Notes under the pieces: model-generated
Seen by the model: the letters and a program-made list of their open reading frames with translations, nothing else
What the model was told of the DNA's origin: nothing
The model's database searches: none
Position numbers and translations under genes: made by a program
Shown: piece after piece, positions 40,279-47,355 of the stretch
How the letters are laid out: each line of letters starts with the position of its first letter
How positions within the stretch are numbered: position 1 is the first letter of the stretch
Assembly (NCBI RefSeq): GCF_001194135.2
Contig: NC_068993.1
Span: forward strand, 43,768,485-43,817,986
Length of the DNA stretch: 49,502 nt
Direction of reading: 5' to 3'
Source of the DNA: Octopus bimaculoides
Taxonomy: Eukaryota

Positions 40279-41548
40279 TACGCGCTCAAGACATGTGAAT
40301 GTTTAACAAATATTAGTATCAAGAATGTCTGGGGAATTACTTCTGCTCTTGATAATTTTTTTTCCCTACCTATGATTCTCTCACATCTCTGAAGACGTGG
40401 TCTTTGGATTCACCTCTGTCGAACTTTTCGTAATTATTTTTGTTAATCTTCCTCTTCCACCACTAGCCAAGACCTTATTTTAACTGCAGTTCAATCACAA
40501 ACATCCCTCTATTCCAAAAGAGGATTTTTCTTTCCGCAACGAATACAAAAGACGTTTCCAATGAAGTGTCAACCATCTCCTACGAAGAAGCTTCGATTTA
40601 CTAAATTTACTAAAATATCTCTCAAATCACAATATACCGTGTAATCCTAGATACATATGCCTGGAAATAAAACGACCGCTATATCCAGAAAACCTTTCAG
40701 ACACCACAAGGCCTGATACAATGCTCAACACCACAAGCCAACGAAGTCGACTAAATCGCTAGAAACAGCAGCATAGCTCCCACCTCAAATCACATTCTGC
40801 TGTTTAAAAAAATGGAAAGGGTAAATTGATGCATCGCTCTGGAGTACATATACTACCGATATGGCCATAAGTAGAATGCTTTGGGATAATAGGTATGCGC
40901 GATCAAGGTCGATTTGGGGTTAACGTTTTTAGTAAATCATGTCCCTTTAATATTTGGGCAATTAGAACCGCCTGTACAATATTTGTGACGCCACTAAGCA
41001 TTATTTTAAATGTAGTGAGGACAGCTTCTACCATAGAGTAAAAACGTTTGACCTGTTAAATCAGAAATAGCAGCAGAGTCCTCAAATCACACCTTAGAGC
41101 TTTCAATTATGAGCCTGCTGGATCGGAGCTACACAACCGTTTGTTCGAACCGACATAGAGACTTCAACGTGGTCGATTGCTCTGTTAGAAATAATAGTTA
41201 AATTTACCTTTAATCTCAGCATGCTTTCTACACAACACAGAAAAGAGATGTTGGTTGTTGCAGTTCTAGGTACATGCTGTTGTGTTTGAAAAATAAAACT
41301 ATAGTAGTGGCTAGGGGAACATCTTTGATCAAGTTTGCTAGATCAAAGCTGACCTTGGATTAAACAAACAACACACCACAAAACTGCCTATACATAAATA
41401 CATATATGAGACTAGATGTTAATATGTAGACAAAACATAACGAAGATCAATTGTCAAAGTACAAAAGAGAATATTGAAAAGATGCTTACATGGGGGAAAG
41501 GGTTTTTGTCAACCAAGTTTTCAAAGCCTCCACATTTTCGATAATCAT
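2130..41548 (-). CDS. RBM26: RNA-binding protein 26/27 family gene (22 coding exons, ~1035 aa; PWI-like, RS, CCCH zinc finger, 2 RRMs, coiled coil, acidic tail)
   Basis: Manual exon chaining on the minus strand: 22 exons summing to 3108 nt, every intron GT-AG, phases consistent. Start MIIENVEALKTWLTKTLSPICDADPAALAKYVVALVKKDKPE, zinc finger CRDYDEKGYCMRGDLCPYDHG, RRM1 NNRFIKVFWHRE and terminal EESRSWRR* match my recollection of vertebrate RBM26/RBM27. Probably a single co-ortholog of both. Confidence 0.95.
2457..2894. mobile_element. MITE-like non-autonomous DNA element with ~75-bp terminal inverted repeats
   Basis: Left arm ~2466-2550 (...ttaactaaacactttgaaatttcagatactagttgaatgtgtca) is the reverse complement of 2819-2894 (tgacacattcaaccagtatccgaaatttcaaactgtttagttaa...); related copy at ~43725-43910. 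Confidence 0.75.
3421..3537 (-). CDS. RBM26: RBM26 exon 21, RRM2 end (AILKCRRYKNKELKIKWYTPATP...DLDDS)
   Basis: Acceptor ttcttattag, donor gtaagg; 117 nt. Confidence 0.9.
3866..4086 (+). mobile_element. 5'-truncated RTE LINE 3'-UTR-type repeat
   Basis: Shares the aaaagcac motifs and ccatgccagcatgg...acattaaatgatg tail with the 14770, 23655 and 36180 copies. Confidence 0.65.
4442..4670 (-). mobile_element. Decayed RTE LINE 3' end
   Basis: Minus strand resembles the RTE RT C-terminus (..FGPVKCMTDE..TRD..DAWLE..) and ends in the catgcaagtatggaaaa tail. Confidence 0.5.
5005..5091 (-). CDS. RBM26: RBM26 exon 20, RRM2 (LFCELVKSEPDPTESNVILTFKSRQDAEK)
   Basis: Acceptor ttctgtcag, donor gtaaat; 87 nt. 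Confidence 0.92.
5313..5600 (-). mobile_element. 5'-truncated RTE LINE 3'-UTR-type repeat with (CAT)n tail
   Basis: ctggatgcccttcctaatgccaacc core and (cat)n tail shared with 19972 and 36180. Confidence 0.7.
5750..6070 (+). mobile_element. RTE LINE 3' fragment (atatgctgtgcttgagaagac motif plus 3' UTR repeats)
   Basis: 5901-5920 matches the AVLEKT terminal coding motif also seen at 20964-20989 and 36566-36605. Confidence 0.5.
7398..7601 (-). CDS. RBM26: RBM26 exon 19, RGG + RRM2 start (AASLGLLSRGRGRG...LDNRPKQIHVSGFDAEPLKNILAHFS)
   Basis: Acceptor gtttttcag, donor gtaagt; 204 nt. Confidence 0.94.
8060..8235 (+). mobile_element. piggyBac-type MITE, right end truncated
   Basis: Starts TTAA-CCCTTTAGCATTCAGA; same internal sequence as the 30778 and 34352 copies. 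Confidence 0.65.
8330..8520 (+). mobile_element. Possible decayed RTE RT C-terminal fragment
   Basis: One frame reads LMAFWQGQVGRMRGRYLNSWI, resembling the RTE 'QGKVEGKRxRGRPRxxW' motif; heavily decayed. Confidence 0.35.
8860..8997 (-). CDS. RBM26: RBM26 exon 18 (VTIPGPSSSQKTQKEILDTELELISKQNSGEDTTDLRKKLIELTQE)
   Basis: Family QKExLDTEL motif; acceptor gttgttacag, donor gtgggc; 138 nt. Confidence 0.93.
9580..9949 (-). mobile_element. tRNA-headed CORE-type SINE (family B), near full length
   Basis: Minus-strand head with pol III A/B-like boxes (tggctgtgtggtaag; gggttcagtccc), then accttgggcaaatgtctt (MIR-core-like); other copies at 37010 and 44744. Confidence 0.8.
10136..10870 (-). mobile_element. 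Cluster of family C SINE copies
   Basis: Repeated ggcacaaggc...atttgaactcag...aagcattttgtcc modules matching 22323-22532. Confidence 0.7.
11095..11184 (-). CDS. RBM26: RBM26 exon 17 (EIDDLRNIIKKFQEDLFPKKKSEVTKTKPA)
   Basis: Acceptor gtaatgacag, donor gtaagt; 90 nt. Confidence 0.82.
11585..12180 (-). mobile_element. 5'-truncated RTE LINE with inverted 5' segment
   Basis: Minus strand 12113-11585 decodes to KNIVTRV*IGW..ELLPLL..GRLYDLCV..SMMLHSSKT*ALAVED..VQERKLHWYG; plus strand 12114-12180 reads GGKSLEVVDSFCYLHDL. Confidence 0.8.
12343..12405 (-). CDS. RBM26: RBM26 exon 16 (LLKKRLTDKNISADTKGKILK)
   Basis: Acceptor ttttcccctcag, donor gtaagt; 63 nt. Confidence 0.85.
13383..13451 (-). CDS. 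RBM26: RBM26 exon 15, coiled coil (DSILKKVQKQKRDLLLSYVQQQH)
   Basis: Acceptor cttttactcattgtag, donor gtaagt; 69 nt. Confidence 0.85.
13715..14110 (-). mobile_element. Two tandem family C SINE copies
   Basis: ggcacaaggcc.../aaaggatgaaaggcaaag/gaaatgctgctaagcattttgtc modules. Confidence 0.7.
14770..15110 (+). mobile_element. RTE 3'-UTR-type repeat with internal 26-bp tandem array and (GAT)n tail
   Basis: Six 26-bp units at 14778-14933, then gggtatccagcc...tatgccagaatggaaaacagatgc and gatgatgat. Confidence 0.7.
15530..15742 (-). CDS. RBM26: RBM26 exon 14 (AVVYTSSVGHLTKTVFNPAAIK...poly-Thr...GVPKM)
   Basis: Acceptor tttgcag, donor gtaagg; 213 nt; LTKTVxNP motif. Confidence 0.9.
16084..16230 (-). 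CDS. RBM26: RBM26 exon 13 (ADSTAPVSS...MPVKARLG...ESGEK)
   Basis: Acceptor ttttccag, donor gtaaat; 147 nt; VKxRLG motif. Confidence 0.9.
17290..17925 (+). mobile_element. Three head-to-tail family C SINE copies
   Basis: Three aatgcttagca...gagttcaa...ctttgcctttcat...ggccttgtgccaa modules separated by (att)n tails. Confidence 0.75.
17980..18129 (-). CDS. RBM26: RBM26 exon 12, RRM1 C-half (VSFENDLEAALITFANHTQANVAYRSSEPVFNNRFIKVFWHREKAPEQKA)
   Basis: Acceptor tttctttag, donor gtgagt; 150 nt. Confidence 0.95.
19130..19540 (-). mobile_element. Decayed RTE (BovB-like) LINE RT C-terminus
   Basis: Minus strand decodes RCLHSIMDIS..HIANNEVLQQ..MDKSRILKAVVYSKLNQGNRDRRGP, the typical RTE C-terminal pattern. 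Confidence 0.7.
19620..19753 (-). CDS. RBM26: RBM26 exon 11, RRM1 N-half (GAYSGRLVPRYLNTTLEVRKIPRDQNNIAKLNEHFGKFGVLKNIQ)
   Basis: Acceptor catcttcag, donor gtaagt; 134 nt. Confidence 0.95.
19968..20130 (-). mobile_element. Young 5'-truncated RTE 3' end with (CAT)n tail
   Basis: About 7 differences over ~158 nt versus 36190-36347. Confidence 0.8.
20151..20347. repeat. Long inverted repeat/fold-back element, 89-bp arms, 19-nt loop
   Basis: 20151-20239 pairs with 20347-20259: 80 of 89 Watson-Crick pairs by hand count. Confidence 0.95.
20805..21010 (+). mobile_element. RTE LINE ORF 3' end carrying a templated insertion
   Basis: Reads ..VKHDLRTLGLTEA[insert]MTSDRDLWKYAVLEKTRQAK*. Confidence 0.75.
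21170..21345 (-). mobile_element. Family C SINE, decayed
   Basis: cacaaggcc...actggtactttattttatcaaccccgaaaggatgaaag module. Confidence 0.65.
21398..21559 (-). CDS. RBM26: RBM26 exon 10 (NLDNKSCNVSAPETNRTVIPPKRDF...STQPNPP)
   Basis: Acceptor tttctttctag; donor CAG|gtttgc at 21397; 162 nt. An in-frame alternative donor at 21418 is possible, so the 3' boundary is less certain. Confidence 0.75.
21925..22262. mobile_element. RTE-tail-related repeat fragment with (GAT)n tail
   Basis: ggctggatgctcttcatgccaccaaccc core as at 29005 and 26690; agcatggaaaacagacgttagatgatgat tail. Confidence 0.5.
22323..22532 (-). mobile_element. tRNA-headed SINE (family C), best-preserved copy
   Basis: Minus-strand head ggcggcgagctggcagaaacgttagc (A-box-like) ... 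gagttcaaattc (B-box-like); more than 12 related copies in window. Confidence 0.85.
22885..23064 (-). CDS. RBM26: RBM26 exon 9 (VESYQPEGYNPEAPAINPPRP...RQRDLVSVPTIPDISKPQ)
   Basis: Family YNPEAP motif; acceptor caatttcaag, donor gttagt; 180 nt. Confidence 0.9.
23655..23852 (+). mobile_element. RTE 3'-UTR-type repeat
   Basis: aagggcatccaacc...aacccatgcctgcatggaaaac...gatgatgatg tail. Confidence 0.7.
24870..24986 (-). CDS. RBM26: RBM26 exon 8, Pro-rich (GPPSTHGAPGFIGPRIPPLGPPHMPQIGPRGPPPRPTRP)
   Basis: Acceptor tttttttag, donor gtaagg; 117 nt. Confidence 0.9.
25519..25905 (+). mobile_element. Full-length tRNA-derived SINE (family D) with (CAA)n tail and 10-bp TSD
   Basis: A box tggcccagtgg and B box ggtttcgattccc; flanked by ACAGATTCAT at 25509-25518 and 25906-25915. 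Confidence 0.9.
26349..26459 (-). CDS. RBM26: RBM26 exon 7, CCCH zinc finger (EKGYCMRGDLCPYDHGLDPVIVEDVNLP)
   Basis: Completes C-x8-C-x5-C-x3-H with exon 6; acceptor ttcaccag, donor gtatgt; 111 nt. Confidence 0.95.
27012..27257 (-). CDS. RBM26: RBM26 exon 6 (GCKDADSR...NRPRCRDYD), start of CCCH finger
   Basis: Acceptor ctttcag, donor gtaagc; 246 nt. Confidence 0.92.
27830..28495 (-). mobile_element. Cluster of about four family C SINE copies
   Basis: Repeated atttgaactcag...aaatacc...cattttgtcc modules. Confidence 0.7.
28579..28808 (-). CDS. RBM26: RBM26 exon 5, RS domain (DDRRRRHDDRRFNRRRSRERSRSKSP...RSRSRSRSR)
   Basis: Acceptor cttcttgcag, donor gtaact; 230 nt; RS/RD dipeptides. Confidence 0.92.
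29005..29340 (-). mobile_element. RTE-tail-type repeat followed by a family B SINE head
   Basis: catcatcattttaacatccac...ggctggatgctcttcc; then gtagaagacacttgcccaag...accatgtggttgg. Confidence 0.65.
30385..30458 (-). CDS. RBM26: RBM26 exon 4 (GPTEEDKEHRKKRSRSSSPRGGRS)
   Basis: Acceptor tccttatag, donor gtaaat; 74 nt; phases 0/2 fit neighbours. Confidence 0.85.
30778..31005 (+). mobile_element. piggyBac-type MITE (TTAA...TTAA)
   Basis: ttaa-caatttagcatt ... aatgctaaagga-ttaa; degenerate TIRs. Confidence 0.7.
31321..31604 (-). CDS. RBM26: RBM26 exon 3 (RTRTFVDGLFEALKTKSYIT...Asn/Thr/Ser-rich...RKRKVPDGSDV)
   Basis: Acceptor ttgttacag, donor gtgagt; 284 nt. Confidence 0.92.
32075..32290 (-). 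mobile_element. RTE 3'-UTR-type repeat
   Basis: catcatcatttagtgtctgc...ctggatgcccttcctaatgccaaccac. Confidence 0.7.
32960..33670 (+). mobile_element. Helitron PIF1-like helicase remnant, internally deleted pseudogene
   Basis: Across frames: LIV*DECAM (Walker B), ALEALDRSLRDIRNN..MGG, LAPQDESIDKVN..LPG, FKHLQFPV..FAITINKAQGQTL..GLNL..PCFSHG*LYVACSRV. Confidence 0.85.
34086..34204 (-). CDS. RBM26: RBM26 exon 2, PWI-like (ICDADPAALAKYVVALVKKDKPENELNDNLIDQLDVFLQQ)
   Basis: Acceptor ttccttcatag, donor gtaagt; 119 nt. Confidence 0.95.
34352..34559 (+). mobile_element. piggyBac-type MITE (TTAA...CCCTTTAGC-type TIR...TTAA)
   Basis: ttaa-tcctttaacatt ... aatgctaaaggg-ttaa. Confidence 0.75.
35085..35700. 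mobile_element. Two decayed family B SINE heads in opposite orientation (about 35085-35225 minus, 35540-35700 plus) around TA/CA microsatellites
   Basis: agtagaatacacttgcc versus ggcaagtgtcttc motifs. Confidence 0.55.
36178..36605 (-). mobile_element. Young 5'-truncated RTE LINE: last codons of ORF (WKCAVREKTRQAK*), 3' UTR with internal tandem duplication, and (CAT)n tail
   Basis: Direct reading of the minus strand; links the abundant (CAT)n-tailed repeat to an RTE ORF end. Confidence 0.85.
37010..37385 (+). mobile_element. Family B SINE, near full length, diverged
   Basis: Head, core and tail collinear with 9580-9949. Confidence 0.75.
37455..37600 (-). mobile_element. Family C SINE fragment
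   Basis: ggcacaaggtcagc...ggatgaaaggcaaagtcaac...gaatttgaactcag. Confidence 0.7.
37600..39650 (-). mobile_element. Heavily decayed CR1/Jockey-group non-LTR retrotransposon ORF2 (RT, part of endonuclease)
   Basis: Minus strand across frames: LFNVCL..TGIYP, KKGNLSKSVNYCPVS (38481-38522), LNISKALNYV (38278-38310; LDISKAFDRV-like), FYINGRCPSELV (37690-37735). Confidence 0.7.
41490..41548 (-). CDS. RBM26: RBM26 exon 1 (MIIENVEALKTWLTKTLSP+2 nt)
   Basis: ATG at 41548-41546 (context aagATGA); donor gtaagc at 41489; 59 nt, phase 2. Confidence 0.93.
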
Positions 41549-42319
41549 CTTTTTCCTTGCTCCCACTTTTCCGATCGGAGTCAGGTTGTACAGGTACAAC
41601 CAACAACAAAAGGCATATATATCTATCTATCTATATATTTCAATAAGGTAAAGGAAAATTAAATGAAGGACGGGGGTAACTATATNNNNNNNNNNNNNNN
41701 NNNNNNNNNNNNNNNNNNNNNNNNNNNNNNNNNNNNNNNNNNNNNNNNNNNNNNNNNNNNNNNNNNNNNNNNNNNNNNNNNNNNNNNNNNNNNNNNNNNN
41801 NNNNNNNNNNNNNNNNNNNNNNNNNNNNNNNNNNNNNNNNNNNNNNNNNNNTATATATATATATATTATATTATATATATTACAGAAGTGTATGTATGTA
41901 GAGAGAGAGGGAAATGAGTAAACCTGTGGCGGTAAAAATAAATAGGGAACCAGGTGGAGTTTTGGAAGTGTATGTGTGTGTTTAATATGTTATAGAGCAA
42001 ATAAATTAAGTGCTATTCGGACATATATGTAGCATGTATAGTGTTATATTATGCTGTTTATGTTATGTAATATGTATCTTTTCAGTAAAAATTCAACGAT
42101 GATGTATAATGAGTCGGTCGTAGGTAACTGCAATGTTGCACACACAAGATGTCCTTTTCTTGTTTAGATAGTATAATAATATAAAGTACAATTATCACAT
42201 GGTTTCGTTAGGGTTTTCTTCTTGTTTTCTCTTTGAAAAAAAAAAGCCCTAACAGTATGATGCTGATGGTGTTGTTTTATAGAATATATATATACATATG
42301 TATGTATACATATATATAT

Positions 42320-42420
42320 ATTGCAAAGGTCCCACAACACACAGTTTACAACATGGCGTTGAAGGGAAGCAGCTTCACGTCTCAAGTCTCACCTTCACGA
42401 GATTAAACAAACCAACAGAC
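42320..42420 (-). promoter_or_regulatory. Candidate RBM26 promoter/5' end region with YY1-like AACATGGCG motif (42350-42358)
   Basis: Unique, relatively CpG-rich patch ~800 nt upstream of the ATG; motif match only, no TSS evidence. Confidence 0.25.
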
Positions 42421-43424
42421 GAGATTTCAGTTGAGTAGAAGTCCAGCAACCGATGGGAAAGAATGGTTCTGTGATCACTCACTATACTAGAAATAGCAGT
42501 AAATTCTCCCTCAATTCACACATCTTACGACCACCGTCCTAAAAACTGAAAGGCGAATAGAACAATACAAACAATCTTTCACTTTAGGGATATATTAGTG
42601 CGAGGTTATAAATGAAACCGGGAATATATAAAAATAGACATGGCTATTCAGAGTAAGCGAAACGAACAAGTAATTGCTTAAAAGTAGACTCACGATCGTC
42701 ATTTTTCAACAGTATCACTGAGTAAAATTATGAAGTTTGCATCAAAGAAAATAGAGCATTTCGTGTGCACACACATACACATATCCGTAAAACTTTTAAA
42801 TATTAGTTGTCAGTTTGCAATTACTTGTATGCGTATATATACATATTAAAAAAAGAGAGAGAAATATCTTAACTTCGTAAGATAACTAAATAATGCTGTT
42901 GAGTACCTATCATGCTGTTACTTATTCGTTTCGCTTACTCTGGAAAACCAAGTCTATTTTTTGTATATTACTTGCTTCATATGGAAAGCAATGATCGCTC
43001 CATCTAGTCTTAAACCATGCAAAAAAAGATGGAATGGTCACGGTTGGAAAGCTTTCAATCATAGGTTAAACAACAACCAAAGAGGGGAGATCTTCATGTA
43101 ATGACGCTAGAAATATCAGCCAATTCTCCATCAAATACGCGTTCTACTCATAAAAATGGTGTCCTAAATGAAATACATATCTGATAATGTAACCTTAGAA
43201 TGTACGAAAAACCTGGATGTCACGGTTGGATTACCCTGATCATAAAGTTTGTTCAACCTGGGCTAAACAATAACCAATTATATGATACTTCAAACAAAAA
43301 AGGACGGGAAGCTTCAATGTGTTCGCCCAAACTTGCTAGACATAAGAGCCAAATTTCTCTCAAACCACACACCTCTGCTATCTTATAAAATGAAGGACAA
43401 ATTAGACACTAAAGTTCTAGATAC

Positions 43425-43690
43425 ATGCACACATGGCTTTGTGGTTAAAAAGCTTGCTTTGCAACTAGTCGTTTCGGGCTCAGTCCTACTGTGTGGCACT
43501 TTGGGCAAGTGTCTTCTACTATAGCCCCCGGCCGAACAATTCCTTCTGGGGGGAATTTGGTAAACAGAAATTGTGTGAAAGCTCGTCTGATGTGTGTGTT
43601 TGCACTATGTCTGCACACGCGCACGCATACAACGCTTGACTACCGGTGCTGTTTGTTTACGTCTCCGTAAATTAGCAGTTCGGATCTTTC
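43425..43690 (+). mobile_element. Family B SINE, partial
   Basis: tggctttgtggttaaaaagcttgc...gcactttgggcaagtgtcttctactatagcc. Confidence 0.7.
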
Positions 43691-43971
43691 TGATTTGGCG
43701 GGCGTCACTTGTTTTCTTAACGAAACACTTTCAAACTTGGGATACTGGTAGAATGTGTCATTTAAAACATCTTTTACTCTTAGTGTTATTGAGAAAATTT
43801 TATCCTTTTAAAGTTATTTCGTGTTAAAATTGTCGTATTTCGGAAATTTCAACCAATCATTGACGTCTATTTAGGTGAAAACAATTACTGCTATGGAATT
43901 TAAACAAGACGTTCTAGCGGTGTAACGGGATCTTTTCCCTTGAATAAAGTGCGTTTGTACTAGTTTTAGCT

Positions 43972-44030
43972 GACCCTAACCCTAACTCTAAAACCCGAAC
44001 CCTAACCCTAAAACCCCAACCCCGACCCTC
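43972..44030 (+). repeat. Degenerate (CCCTAA)n telomere-like array next to an assembly gap
   Basis: gaccctaaccctaactctaaaacccgaaccctaaccctaaaaccccaacc. Confidence 0.7.
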
Positions 44031-44743
44031 GCCGATAGTTGTTGACAAACNNNNNNNNNNNNNNNNNNNNNNNNNNNNNNNNNNNNNNNNNNNNNNNNNN
44101 NNNNNNNNNNNNNNNNNNNNNNNNNNNNNNNNNNNNNNNNNNNNNNNNNNNNNNNNNNNNNNNNNNNNNNNNNNNNNNNNNNNNNNNNNNNNNNNNNNNN
44201 NNNNNNNNNNNNNNNNNNNNNNNNNNNNNNNNNNNNNNNNNNNNNNNNNNNNNNNNNNNNNNNNNNNNNNNNNNNNNNNNNNNNNNNNNNNNNNNNNNNN
44301 NNNNNNNNNNNNNNNNNNNNNNNNNNNNNNNNNNNNNNNNNNNNNNNNNNNNNNNNNNNNNNNNNNNNNNNNNNNNNNNNNNNNNNNNNNNNNNNNNNNN
44401 NNNNNNNNNNNNNNNNNNNNNNNNNNNNNNNNNNNNNNNNNNNNNNNNNNNNNNNNNNNNNNNNNNNNNNNNNNNNNNNNNNNNNNNNNNNNNNNNNNNN
44501 NNNNNNNNNNNNNNNNNNNNNNNNNNNNNNNNNNNNNNNNNNNNNNNNNNNNNNNNNNNNNNNNNNNNNNNNNNNNNNNNNNNNNNNNNNNNNNNNNNNN
44601 NNNNNNNNNNNNNNNNNNNNNNNNNNNNNNNNNNNNNNNNNNNNNNNNNNNNNNNNNNNNNNNNNNNNNNNNNNNNNNNNNNNNNNNNNNNNNNNNNNNN
44701 NNNNNNNNNNNNNNNNNNNNNNNATATATATATATATATATAT

Positions 44744-44910
44744 ACGACGGGTTTCTTTCAGTTTCCGTCTACCAAATCCACTCACAAGGCTTTCGTCGGC
44801 CCGAGGCTATAGTAGAAGACACTTGCCCAAGGTGCCACGCAGTGGGACTGAACCCGGAACCACGTGGTTGGTAAGCAAGCTACTTACAACACAGCTACTC
44901 CTGCGCCTAT
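44744..44910 (-). mobile_element. Young family B SINE 5' half (rest probably lost in the gap)
   Basis: ataggcgcaggagtagctgtg...gggttcagtcccactgcgtggcaccttgggcaagtgtc. Confidence 0.85.
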
Positions 44911-45214
44911 ACAGTTGATTTGAAAAAAAAAACCATGATCATGTTACACACATACATGCGCACACATACACTGGCATCTAAACCAATGCAATCCACATCT
45001 ATCTATCTATCTATCTATCTATCTATATCTTCTATACCTATTGTATAGCTGAGTTTGTGTGTGTGTGTTGCATCTATAGAAATCCATACCTTACAAGATA
45101 GTAATCTGGGAGTCGCACCAATGGATTCCTCATGGTCGAAAATGCCTGGAATCGGCCATTTGTTTTTTTGCTTTTTTTTTTGGTTGCTTCCTAACACGTG
45201 AATTTTTGCATTAA

Positions 45215-45526
45215 AAATAATTTTAAACCATAAATTCTAACAATTTTCAAGTCGCCATTATTTGCAAACATGAGTTAAGTCCCCTTCTAGCGACGGTGCA
45301 AAGAGAGTGAGCAACAGAGATAACAGATTTTTTAAAGAGCAATAGTATGGGATACATGTCTCGTGATTAGAATTTTTTTAGGGTGTGTAAAGAGGGAAAG
45401 AACCCTCATGTGCAATTTTGATGAAATTCGAATCATATGTATTCCGGTTCCTTACAGAAAATATAACAGAAAAGTCTCATTCTTCAATTGCATGTAACAC
45501 GAGCAACGCCGGGTATTTCTGCTACT
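45215..45526 (+). mobile_element. Possible non-autonomous Helitron 3' end
   Basis: Ends acgagcaacgccgggtatttctgctac, resembling the GC-rich subterminal motif plus CTAG-like terminus of Helitrons; recognition only. Confidence 0.35.
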
Positions 45527-45689
45527 CATCACAATTAATAGCCCCTCCAACTTTTGAATCCAATTGTCTACAATAGATATCAGCAGGTACGTCAACACAA
45601 GTGTATGTGTGTTTATATCTTAAATCTGAAGTGCAAGGCTGAATTGCGTAAATAAGCTTATCCTCCAGCTTAGTGCAATCATATAGAAC

Positions 45690-46058
45690 ATGTATACAAT
45701 GTTGTTGGAACTGTACTTTTCTGGAAGCGCATGCTTGCTGGAACTTTTATTTATCGAGAAGAAAAATCAACAGTAGGTTTTAAAATTTCCAAAACTTTTG
45801 GGAGGAAATGCTGCTGGTGATATGAAATTAAAGCCCCTGCTCCTGTATCACCCCCGAAAACCCAAGGGCTTTCAAGGGTTACACAAAGTTTAATCTACCT
45901 CTGATTTGGCGTTCGAATAAGAAGGCATGGATGACTAAGAGCCTTTTCAAAGAGTGATTTACAAAGGTCTTTTTTTTGTTTGTTCTGCCTTGGAAAAGTA
46001 CCGTGCCAGACATAATATTTCCAATAGAGCATTGCTTCTTTTAGATAATGCACCGAGT
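45690..46058 (+). mobile_element. pogo/Tigger-family DDE transposase remnant
   Basis: With frameshifts: YNVVGTVLF-WKRM..TFIYREEKS..GFK; GGNAAGDMKLKPLLLYH-ENPRAFKG..LPLIWRSNKKAWMT..LF; RALLLLDNAPS. Confidence 0.88.
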
Positions 46059-46311
46059 CGTTCGTATTTTGATGGTTTCACCGAAAGGTTGGTTGTTTTG
46101 CTTTGGTTGCTGTTGCTATTGTTGTAAATTGTGTTTCGCTTGTTCCCGTAAGAGTGACTTTGTTATTATATTATTTGTACTGTGAACTGTGATCCTCCCG
46201 CTTCTGGGGGAAGGAATTTTGTGCTTAAGTGAACTGTGTTGGTGTTAAACCAAACTATTATCTCTCCGTTAGACGGAATCGTGTTGTGTTAAAAATAAAA
46301 AATAAAAGGAT

Positions 46312-47355
46312 ATGGCTTCTATGGAGGTCCAAAATAATATGAATTTTGCAGCGGCCGTCGGCGGTCGTGAAATAATTCAATTTAAAATTGAAGAGATACA
46401 AACTTTTTACGGGATGATAACAGAAAAAGATGGTGAAGCTAAGATCTCACCTCCAAGCGAACTACAAAACAAAATAAAAGAACGAACAATTATCTACAAA
46501 ACCTAGAATTTAGAGACAAAGAAATTTGAACACTTGGAGGAGGGGACAATTGAAAAATGTCTTGGTTCAACAATGAACGAAATTAAATATTTAACAAGGG
46601 GAACGAAATTCGCAAGTGTGGAAGCAAGGTTCGAGTCGTCAGAACGTGCAAGAGAATATTCGACTCGAATTTTGCAAAGTGGAAACATAGCGCTGCTACC
46701 GTTATACCTGCGACGGAGAACATCCAGGATTAAAATTAAAAACATCCCCCCTGAAGCAGAGGTAGGGTGGATTTTGGCCACCCTCCTCCGCAAGAAAGAG
46801 GAAAAAATCAAAATAATCGAAATAATACGAGACGGTCCACTAAATTGGCGAGGTCAGACCCTAGAGATTCTGGCCCAAGCCACAAGCATCGACCTTGGGG
46901 ATTTACCGGAAACTATTGTAATGAATGACATGAACATCTCTATTCAAATCGAAGGGAGAAAACCACGGTGCTACAAGTGCGGCGAGAAGGGCCACATAAA
47001 AGAGAAGTGCCCCGAAAACAAGAAATCAGACCAACCTACACCTGTCCCCTCCACCTCTAAGGAAGTTACCCCAAAGGACAAAAAATCAGAATCAAAAAAA
47101 CCTGAAGCAAAAAAGGATGTACCTGAAAACAATAGAAAAAGCAAAGAAAATGCGTCCCTGGATACAGAGGTTGCAGAAAAAAACGCACCTACCAAAAAGG
47201 GTGAACTCCCAGCCAAGGAGGCTGTTACCAGGAGTTCATCCCACCAAGAGGTAACACACGTAAGAGAGGAGTACATCACGGATAGTAAAGAAGAAAAAAT
47301 TGTGACTACAGACGATTATAAAGTGTGCTCTAGGAAGAGACAAAAAAAAAACTGA
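46312..47355 (+). mobile_element. Non-LTR retrotransposon ORF1 (L1/Tx1-like gag) with CCHC knuckle, one in-frame TAG at 46504-46506
   Basis: ORFs 46312-46506 and 46534-47355 share a frame; NFAAAV N-terminal motif, RIKIKNIPPE RRM-like segment, CYKCGEKGHIKEKC zinc knuckle, Lys/Glu-rich tail; T-rich 5' UTR from ~46060. Confidence 0.8.

Noticed and set aside
40330-40600. Possible L1/Tx1 ORF2 C-terminal fragment on the minus strand
   Set aside because: Only vague resemblance (WWKRKIN..); needs a profile search.
2130-41548. Minor (U12) or non-canonical introns
   Set aside because: All 21 introns have ordinary GT donors (none GTATCCTT) and AG acceptors.
43972-44030. True chromosome end
   Set aside because: The array is short and degenerate, with ordinary sequence on both sides.
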